From the sequence record LC727698.1: a stretch of DNA of 64,000 nt. One strand, written 5' to 3'. Position numbers and translations under genes: made by a program. Each line of letters begins with the position of its first letter. The stretch's first letter is position 1. This document shows positions 56,337-64,000 of this stretch, in pieces. The notes beneath the pieces are model-generated. The model did no database searches, was not told the DNA's origin, and saw only the letters and a list, made by a program, of their open reading frames with translations.

Positions 56337-57443
56337 ATGACAGTGAAGTTCGAACATATCCTAAACGAACAAACTTCTTTAAGTGCAGAAGTAAAATCTG
56401 CTATTACAGAAGCATGGGAAGCTCGTATAGGACAAGTAAAAGAAGAACTCACTGCTGAGCTTCGTGAAGAATTTGCTCGTAAGTTTGCACACGACAAAGA
56501 ACAACTTGTCGAAGCAATGGACAAATTCTTAGAAGAAAAAATCCGCAGTGAAATCGAAGAATTTGCTCAAGACAAACGAGAACTAGCTGCCGAACGAGTT
56601 CAAGCTAAAATGCAAGTAAAAGAACATATCGAAATGCTCGATAAGTTCTTAATAGATGCAGTTTCTAAAGAAGTCAAAGAACTTCGTGAAGATCGCCGTG
56701 CAATTAAAGGCAATCTAGAGAAACTAGAAGAGTTTGCACTCACTAATCTTGCAACCGAAGTTAAAGAGCTTCGGGAAGAAAAGCAAGCATTAGTTCGTCA
56801 GAAAGTTAAATTAATTAGTGAAGCAAAAAAACAATTAGCAGAAACTAAAAAGCAGTTCATAAAGAAAGCGTCGCAAATAGTAGACACAAACATTAATAGC
56901 GTATTGCAAGAAGAAATAAAGCAATATAAAGAAGATATTGATGCTGCTCGTCGAAATGACTTTGGACGTCGTTTATTTGAAGCTTTTGCTGCAGAGTACA
57001 TGACTTCGCATCTAAACGAAGGTAGTGAACTTAAGAAACTCAAAAATATTCTTATACAAAAAGAAGAAGCCCTTAATGAAGCTTTATCTCATGTAGAAGA
57101 ACGTGAAGCACTTGCAGAAAATCTACGCACTCGCATTTCTGTATTAGAAGAGCGTGTTAAACGTAGCTCTGTAATGTCTGAATTGTTAGCTCCGCTAAAT
57201 AAAGAAAAGCGTAGTGTAATGCAAGATCTTTTAGAGTCTGTAAAAACAGAACATTTAAAAGTTGCATATAACAAATATTTGCCAGCAGTGCTAGATTGTA
57301 GTGCAGCACCGGCAAGTAAAAAAGAAGCTCTAACTGAGTCAGCAAGAGCTGTAAAAACTGGTAACAGGGCGTCTAGCGTTGCCCAGCAAGATGACTCATC
57401 TGTAGGCGTTGAAGAATTAAGACGCCTAGCAGGCATTAAGTAA
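56337..57443 (+). CDS. gp22: Prohead scaffolding protein
   Basis: Coiled-coil, Glu/Lys-rich; between protease and capsid genes. Confidence 0.8.
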   Translation: MTVKFEHILNEQTSLSAEVKSAITEAWEARIGQVKEELTAELREEFARKFAHDKEQLVEAMDKFLEEKIRSEIEEFAQDKRELAAERVQAKMQVKEHIEMLDKFLIDAVSKEVKELREDRRAIKGNLEKLEEFALTNLATEVKELREEKQALVRQKVKLISEAKKQLAETKKQFIKKASQIVDTNINSVLQEEIKQYKEDIDAARRNDFGRRLFEAFAAEYMTSHLNEGSELKKLKNILIQKEEALNEALSHVEEREALAENLRTRISVLEERVKRSSVMSELLAPLNKEKRSVMQDLLESVKTEHLKVAYNKYLPAVLDCSAAPASKKEALTESARAVKTGNRASSVAQQDDSSVGVEELRRLAGIK

Positions 57444-57462
57444 TTAGGAGAATAACTTAAAA

Positions 57463-58650
57463 ATGTCTAATCGTCTATTTGAAAGCAACTGGGCTGCTAC
57501 TAAAAGCGCCCTCACTGAAGGTCTAAAAGGTCAACGTAAGTCGACTATGGACGCAGTAATGGAAAACACTAAGCGTTTCTTAGTTGAAAATGCTTCCGCC
57601 GGCGCTACCCAAGCCGGTAACATAGCTACTATCAACAAAGTAATGCTACCCCTAATCCGTCGTGTTATGCCTTCCGTTATTGCTAACGAAATTATGGGTG
57701 TACAGCCTATGACTGGTCCCGTAGGTCAGATACATACCCTACGTGTTCGTTATGCTGATACTGCATCTGGTGTTCAAGCTGGCACTGAAGCACTAAGCCC
57801 GTTCGATATTGCAAAAGCATATTCTGGTAACGAAGCTTTAAACAACAGCACTAACCCAGTTCCAGGCGCTGCCAACACTTCTCGTATGGAAGGTTTTGCT
57901 GGTAATCGCATGAACATTCAAATTCTAAAAGAAACCGTAGAAGCACGTACTCGTCGTCTAAGCGCTCGCTGGACCTTCGAATCTGCACAGGATGCTAACG
58001 CTCTTCACGGTATAGATATAGAAGCTGAAATCATGCAAGCTTTAGCTCAAGAAATTACCGTCGAAATCGACCAAGAAATGCTAAATCGTCTACGTATTTT
58101 AGCTGGTCCGGCTCCTGTAACTTATAACCAAGCTGCTGTATCTGGTACTGCTACTTATGTTGGTGATGAACATGCTGCATTAGCTGTAATGATCAACCAA
58201 CAGGCTAACTTAGTTGCTGCTCGTACTCGTCGCGGCGCTGCTAACTGGGCTGTTATTTCGCCTAACGCACTAACTGTTCTACAGTCTGCAACTACTTCGA
58301 CTTTTGCTCGTACTACTGAAGGTGTATTTGAAGCGCCTACTAACGTTAAATTTGCAGGTACCTTAAACGGAACTATGCGCATTTATGTAGATACTTATGC
58401 TGCCGAAGATGAAAAAGTTTTAATCGGTTATAAAGGTTCGACCGAAACTGATGCTGCTGCATTCTTCTGCCCGTATATTCCGTTAATGAGCACTGGTCCG
58501 GTAATTGATCCTACTACTTTCGAGCCTGTAGTATCATTTATGTCCAGATACGGTTACTTAGAACTCACCAATACTGCTAACTCGCTAGGTAACGGTGCTG
58601 ACTATCTAAGTTCGATTGCTATAGATGCATCCACTCTTAAATTCTTCTAA
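57463..58650 (+). CDS. gp23: Major capsid protein
   Basis: GVQPMTGP.GQI..LR, VEA.TR.L.A.WT.E.AQD and FFCPYIPL motifs. Confidence 0.97.
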   Translation: MSNRLFESNWAATKSALTEGLKGQRKSTMDAVMENTKRFLVENASAGATQAGNIATINKVMLPLIRRVMPSVIANEIMGVQPMTGPVGQIHTLRVRYADTASGVQAGTEALSPFDIAKAYSGNEALNNSTNPVPGAANTSRMEGFAGNRMNIQILKETVEARTRRLSARWTFESAQDANALHGIDIEAEIMQALAQEITVEIDQEMLNRLRILAGPAPVTYNQAAVSGTATYVGDEHAALAVMINQQANLVAARTRRGAANWAVISPNALTVLQSATTSTFARTTEGVFEAPTNVKFAGTLNGTMRIYVDTYAAEDEKVLIGYKGSTETDAAAFFCPYIPLMSTGPVIDPTTFEPVVSFMSRYGYLELTNTANSLGNGADYLSSIAIDASTLKFF

Positions 58651-58685
58651 TAATAACAAGTTATACTTGTTATTCGAAGAATACC

Positions 58686-58718
58686 AAAAAAAGTGTAGTA
58701 GAAATACTACACTTTTTT
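58686..58718 (+). terminator. Terminator after the capsid gene
   Basis: AAAAAAGTGTAGTA/TACTACACTTTTTT. Confidence 0.8.
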
Positions 58719-58768
58719 ATTGACTAGAAAAAAATAATTTGTTAGTATTATAAAAAACTATTTTATAT

Positions 58769-60346
58769 ATGTCAGACTTAATAATACAAATAAAAGAATT
58801 GATAAAAAGTAAACCAAAGCATTTTAGTGTTTTGATTAAAAAAGATTTAAAACTGGCAGAATTTGTAGAACAACACTGCACTAATCCCTCCAATACTGTG
58901 TATGCTGCTAAAGTGTATACTGCCATAACCGGCGAAAAAGAAGAATGCAAATACGGAAACACAAAAAAATTTAATTCAATAAATGATGGGTTTAGATTTT
59001 GTGGTACTGCATCCTCGTGCAAGTGTTGTAAAGAAAGTGTATCTAATAACTTAGTGCAATCAAAAAAGATAGAAAATAAAGAAATATCAAAGAAAAAGCG
59101 TGAGAAAACTAATCTAAAAAAATACGGAGTATCAAATACTGGGCAATCTGCTATTGCTCTACAAAATCATGCAAAATTTTACGAAAATAAACAAAATGTA
59201 GACAAAGTAACGTCTAAGATAAAGCACACCAAGTCAATAAAATACGGTAACAAAAATTTTAATGGTAATAAATGGTATTCTAAAATATCGGAAAAACTAA
59301 AAGAAAATAACTTATCTTTTACTATACAAGAACATGAATATAAAGGTATGGCAGAAACATATTGTATAAAATGTGGAACTTGTAATAACACTTTTATGTC
59401 TAAGGTTAGATATAGTAGTATACCGACGTGTGCAATATGTATGCCAGAATTGACAGTATGCAATTCAACACAAGAACAAGAATTATTTAATTTTATAAGA
59501 CAACATTATTCTGGCGAAATAATAACTGGATCTAGAAAAATATTAGATTCTGGAAAAAGTTTAGATATATACCTTCCTGAAAAAAATCTTGCAATAGAAT
59601 ATAATGAACTTTATTGGCATGTAATAGATAACGATCGTTTACCGCACATAACCAAAACTTATCATTATGACAAATATATAGGTTGTAAAGAAAAAGGAAT
59701 ATCGTTAATTACTATATATGGACATTTGTATAACTCTAAAAAAACTATAATAGAAAACAGATTACTCCATAAATTAGGCTATATACAAGAAACAGTATAT
59801 GCTAGAAAATGTATTATTAAAGATGTGCCTTCTGCAGAAGAAAAAGAATTTTTGAATAAAACGCATATACAAGGTTATGTTCCGTCATCTATAAAATACG
59901 GATTGTATTTTAATGATGTATTAGTTGCATTAATGAGTTTTATAAAATCATCTAACAGAAACATTTCGGGAAATAACAGATACGACTACGAATTGCTTAG
60001 ATATGCAACATCTTGTTCGGTACTAGGCGGCGCATCTAAATTGTTTTCTCATTTTGTAAAGAATAATATTCCTAATTCTATAGTTTCATATTCACAAAAT
60101 GAATGGAATACAGGCAATGTTTACCGTATATTAGGATTCAAACAAGAACCTAAAATAAACATAGGATATTGGTATGTAAGTCCGGATTTCAGTAAAGTAT
60201 ATCATAGGACTAATTATACTAAAAAGAAATTAATAGAACATGGTTTTAATTCAAATAAGTCAGAACACCAGATAATGGAAGAGCGTGGATTTAGACGACT
60301 ATATGATTGTGGTAATACCAAATGGGTGTGGGAAAACAAAATATAA
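58769..60346 (+). mobile_element. Free-standing homing-endonuclease-like gene (Zn ribbon, PD-(D/E)xK, C-terminal GNAT-like domain)
   Basis: TNLKKYGV repeat type, CxxC pairs, LDIYLPE..LAIEYN..YWH, ARKC.IK...GGASKLF; own promoter TTGACT-N17-TAGTAT (58720-58748). Confidence 0.65.
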
Positions 60347-60397
60347 GTTTTTAAAATACAGAGTTGTGTTATACTTTAAAAATAAAAGGGGTTTTTA

Positions 60398-60862
60398 GTG
60401 TCAGACATAGTTGATATACGTTTTGAGTTTGTAGGATACGATTCAGACATAAAATACGTACATAATTGTGAAAATAATGGATGTTATAACGAAGGTATAT
60501 GTCGTTGCGGACATTTTGAAGATACAGATATAAATGGTATACCAGATAATCCCGAATATATTTTTCCAACTAAAATGTCTGTATGGAGACGAGTAGGATA
60601 TAATGGAAAATATGATGATTACAAACATAGTTACTATGAAATCACTGAATCCGATAGAAAATATTTTGCAAAAATAATGCATTTTATCGGTTATACACTA
60701 GATTCTTTTTATTTTGATATCGAATCGGGGTACTATGGTGAAGAAGGCGGAGATCTAGTACACGATAAACAGGGCTTGTTAAAATCTGCCATGATTGACA
60801 TTTTAAACAGACCTGACGAAGAAGACAGATTGGTGTATTTATTATCTAAAACTTGGGAATAA
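60398..60862 (+). CDS. Hypothetical Cys-motif protein
   Basis: HNC...C..EGICRC and GYYGEE motifs shared with the next gene. Confidence 0.7.
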   Translation: MSDIVDIRFEFVGYDSDIKYVHNCENNGCYNEGICRCGHFEDTDINGIPDNPEYIFPTKMSVWRRVGYNGKYDDYKHSYYEITESDRKYFAKIMHFIGYTLDSFYFDIESGYYGEEGGDLVHDKQGLLKSAMIDILNRPDEEDRLVYLLSKTWE

Positions 60863-60863
60863 T

Positions 60864-61562
60864 ATGGATACATTCATTACATTTTATGGCAGATACTATG
60901 CAAATTTAGATTACGAACTGCAACATAATTGTAATAACGATTGTATAGAAAGCGGCATATGCAGATGTTCTGTAATAACATCCCCTGTAGTGGTATCTAT
61001 CAATAACTATAAAGTGTATGATATGGTCGAGGTGATAGTAAATAAACCCGATTTAAACGGAACACCTAGATGTGTTAGATATATGTATAGTCAAATAGAG
61101 CAATATTGTGTAGAAAGAATCATAACAAAACATAAAATTTTAGACGGTTCGCTGTATTATGTAACTGTCGAACGTGGTTATTACGGTGATGAAATAGGTG
61201 ACATAATCCATGAAAATGAACAAAATGCAATGGATGATATATTAACGATGATTTCATTAAAAACCGATATAGAAAAACTACATTATGTTTTAATGTTAGA
61301 ATACGGGTATATTGCTCCTATAATTTCTGAGTGTAAAAACTTGGCTATTAAAAAAGTATGTATAAACGATATAGTTCCTACTATTGCATATAAAAGTATG
61401 GAACCTCAGCATACCTATCATTTAGATGTATATGATGATATGATAATGGGTGTGCTAAAGGGAAATAAATTGATTGATGGTAATCATAGATATTCATTTT
61501 ATATGAATAAAATGAGAGATAAAAATAAAGATAACTTTGTATATTATATAGAATTATCTTAA
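60864..61562 (+). CDS. Paralog of the previous gene with C-terminal ParB-like motif
   Basis: HNC..DC..SGICRC, GYYGDE and LIDGNHR motifs. Confidence 0.7.
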   Translation: MDTFITFYGRYYANLDYELQHNCNNDCIESGICRCSVITSPVVVSINNYKVYDMVEVIVNKPDLNGTPRCVRYMYSQIEQYCVERIITKHKILDGSLYYVTVERGYYGDEIGDIIHENEQNAMDDILTMISLKTDIEKLHYVLMLEYGYIAPIISECKNLAIKKVCINDIVPTIAYKSMEPQHTYHLDVYDDMIMGVLKGNKLIDGNHRYSFYMNKMRDKNKDNFVYYIELS

Positions 61563-61572
61563 CGGTGTATAT

Positions 61573-61878
61573 ATGAAAACAATAGGCGTGGATTATGATG
61601 ACACTATATCACAAGATGATAACGGATGGTTATCTGTATTACTTGCACTTGAGCATATTGGATACAGGGTTGTTATTGTTACTTACCGTAATCCTACCTG
61701 CTATCCAGAAGATCTTCAATTTTTAATAGACAAAGGATATAAGGTATACTTTACAAGTCAGCATGCTAAAAGAACGTATATGGAAAATCTTGGCATAGAT
61801 ATAGATATTTGGATAGACGATAGTCCCGAATCTATATTATATAATTATGATTCATATTTAGGTAAGTATATAAAATAA
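61573..61878 (+). CDS. HAD-superfamily phosphatase/nucleotidase-like protein
   Basis: IGVDYDDTI (motif I) and WIDD.P (motif IV). Confidence 0.75.
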   Translation: MKTIGVDYDDTISQDDNGWLSVLLALEHIGYRVVIVTYRNPTCYPEDLQFLIDKGYKVYFTSQHAKRTYMENLGIDIDIWIDDSPESILYNYDSYLGKYIK

Positions 61879-61937
61879 AAAGGAGCATAATGCTCCTTTT
61901 TTATTGATAAATATATGCATCTTAAGGAATAAGGTGT

Positions 61938-64000
61938 ATGTCGAGTAAAATTAAATTCACGGATCAATATATCCTATCTAGTGTTGGGCAAACTTCTAAT
62001 AATATAGTATATTTGCAAGTAAATGATGATCAGCAATTAGTTGTTACTCATCCTATGTATGCAACTGAATGGTCTACAATAGGTGGGCTTAGAGTAACGG
62101 GTGATCAATCTAAATTCGATGGATCATTAGAAGTTGGATATGAATTGCTAGTAGGACAAACATCTACCTTTAACAACGACATGGTAGTAAACGGTTTAGT
62201 TACAGTAAATAGAGATTCTCTAGATGCAATGCTCATTCACGGGAATGTTACATTACATGGCAACTTAACTGTAGTAGGTAGCAGCTCAGGGACTACACCC
62301 GGGCAAGTAACTATTTCCGACAACATTATGGTCGTGAATACAGATGACGTAGGTCCGGGCGTCACTGCAACATATTCTGGTTTTGAAGTCCAGCGTGGAA
62401 TTCCCGTAGGCGAAACTAATAGTCACGGTGAACCTGGCCAAGGTAAATTGCCTTCTGCTGGATTAGTTTGGAATGAAGTGCAAAAATCCTGGGATCTTAA
62501 TTATAACCCTATTCTTTCTGAAAAATTACCACAAAATCCTAGAATAATTAACTTAGGGCAGCCAGTTGCTGACAACGATGCTTCTACAAAAAAATATGTG
62601 AATGATAGCATAACTGCTGCACTTGACGATGATATTTATTTAGATAGACTTACTGATGTAACAATTTCTTCTCCGGCTAATAAAAATATACTACAGTACG
62701 ATTCTTCTACATCGCAGTGGAGAAATTTACCATATTCGTTTATACGATTAACGGATGTAACTGGTGTATCTGTCCCGAGAGGATATGTAAGATGGAATGC
62801 AGCAGGAACACAGTTAGTATATGAAACCACTATAGATTATGCACAGTTAACTGGATTGTCTGATGTAGCTAAAGCAGGACAAGGGGCTCTAAGTTTTCTT
62901 AGTGATGTAACGTTATCATCGTTATCTAATACACAGGCATTATTTTATAATGGAACCTCTTGGGTTAATAGACTAATTAATTACTCCGACATTCAAAATA
63001 CTCCTACTAACAATTCGTATAGTTTTATTGGATTAAATGATACAAATAATACAGTTGTTAATAACGGATATGTAAGATGGAATGCAGCAGGAACACAGTT
63101 AGTATATGAAACCACTATAGATTATGCACAGTTAACTGGATTGTCTGATGTAGCTAAAGCAGGACAAGGATCGTTAGATTATTTAACAGATGTTAGTATA
63201 GGAACTGCTAGCTCTGGTAATGTACTAAGATATAACGGAACTGATTGGGTAAACCAAGTATTATCATATACTGATCTTTCTAATACCCCTACTAACAATT
63301 CGTATAGTTTTATTGGGTTAAATGATACTAATGATACTGCACTTTCGGGTGGTTATTTACGATGGAATCCCACCGGAACACAGATAGTATATCAATCCAC
63401 TATAGATTATGCACAGTTAACTGGGTTATCTTCTGTTGCTAAAGCAGGACAAGGGGCTCTAAGTTTTCTTAGTGATGTAACTATATCGTCACCTGGCGCT
63501 AGTAATACATTGCGATACGATACTACTTCATCTAAATGGGTAAACACTAGACTTGCTTATTCCGATTTAACAGGTCAACCAACCTCTGCTAATTATCAAC
63601 TAGTTGGGTTAAGCGATACTGCAAGCACATCTGTACCATTGGGATATCTTAGATGGAACGCCGCTGGAACTCAAGTAACATATGCTACTACGATAGATAT
63701 ATCAGTTATATCTGGTAAATCTACTGTAGCTTCTGCTGGTTCAGCAACACTATCTAATCTAGAAGATGCTGCTGTTACAACGCCTGCTGCTGGGAATACT
63801 TTAATATGGAATGCGTCTACAAATAAATGGACAAACGGCATATTGGATGTATCTAATATTACTAATGCTGTACCTGTTAGTAGAACAGTATCTGCAGGAA
63901 CTGGTCTATCTGGCGGAGGAAATTTATCTAGTAATATTACGTTGTCGGTTAATAGAACATTAACTGATACATGGTATGCTGCTGCATCACATACACATGA
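61938..64000 (+). CDS. Repeat-rich fibre/structural protein, 3'-truncated by the window edge
   Basis: AAGG RBS and GATAAATA (61906-61913) upstream of ATG 61938; L..L.DV units; four ~95-aa repeats; absent from the ORF track, presumably because it lacks a stop in the window. Confidence 0.8.
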   Translation, partial: MSSKIKFTDQYILSSVGQTSNNIVYLQVNDDQQLVVTHPMYATEWSTIGGLRVTGDQSKFDGSLEVGYELLVGQTSTFNNDMVVNGLVTVNRDSLDAMLIHGNVTLHGNLTVVGSSSGTTPGQVTISDNIMVVNTDDVGPGVTATYSGFEVQRGIPVGETNSHGEPGQGKLPSAGLVWNEVQKSWDLNYNPILSEKLPQNPRIINLGQPVADNDASTKKYVNDSITAALDDDIYLDRLTDVTISSPANKNILQYDSSTSQWRNLPYSFIRLTDVTGVSVPRGYVRWNAAGTQLVYETTIDYAQLTGLSDVAKAGQGALSFLSDVTLSSLSNTQALFYNGTSWVNRLINYSDIQNTPTNNSYSFIGLNDTNNTVVNNGYVRWNAAGTQLVYETTIDYAQLTGLSDVAKAGQGSLDYLTDVSIGTASSGNVLRYNGTDWVNQVLSYTDLSNTPTNNSYSFIGLNDTNDTALSGGYLRWNPTGTQIVYQSTIDYAQLTGLSSVAKAGQGALSFLSDVTISSPGASNTLRYDTTSSKWVNTRLAYSDLTGQPTSANYQLVGLSDTASTSVPLGYLRWNAAGTQVTYATTIDISVISGKSTVASAGSATLSNLEDAAVTTPAAGNTLIWNASTNKWTNGILDVSNITNAVPVSRTVSAGTGLSGGGNLSSNITLSVNRTLTDTWYAAASHTH
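62781..63740 (+). repeat. Intragenic tandem repeat, 285-291 bp period, 4 units
   Basis: GY(V/L)RWN..GTQ starts at 62781, 63066, 63351 and 63642; about 100 bp identical between units 1 and 2. Confidence 0.9.

Noticed and set aside
1-64000. Stop-codon reassignment as in some jumbo phages
   Set aside because: Core genes, including the 3857-aa ORF, are full length in the standard code, and TAA, TAG and TGA all serve as stops.

Overview
A 64-kb segment of a large, AT-rich, T4-superfamily (jumbo-type) myophage genome in the standard genetic code. GC-rich accessory genes and sigma70-type promoters point to a gammaproteobacterial host, possibly Pseudomonas-like (inference). Layout: (i) 1-10.5 kb, small early cassettes (promoter, 1-3 small genes, repeated GGAAAGGGG/CCCCTTTCC terminator), with about 17 Fur-box-like 19-mers in the spacers; (ii) 10.5-15 kb, a non-coding junction with a 29-bp tandem repeat, then arrays of 55-85 aa AT-rich micro-ORFs around a macrodomain-like gene; (iii) 16-42 kb, minus-strand tail fibre and baseplate genes including a 3857-aa protein; (iv) 42-47 kb, gp55 late sigma factor, gp47/gp46 and a resolvase; (v) 47.3-48.8 kb, an ORF-free, GC-elevated, helix-rich region behind a consensus promoter, best read as a ~1-kb non-coding RNA; (vi) 49-59 kb, a gp26-like gene with a -1 frameshift signal, tape-measure-like gene, portal, scaffolds, protease and major capsid; (vii) 59-64 kb, a homing-endonuclease-like gene, small genes and a repeat-rich fibre gene running off the window. 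The top candidates for new biology are the ~1-kb ncRNA, the Fur-box-like array and the gp26 programmed frameshift. All family calls come from motif recognition by eye; no database searches were run.
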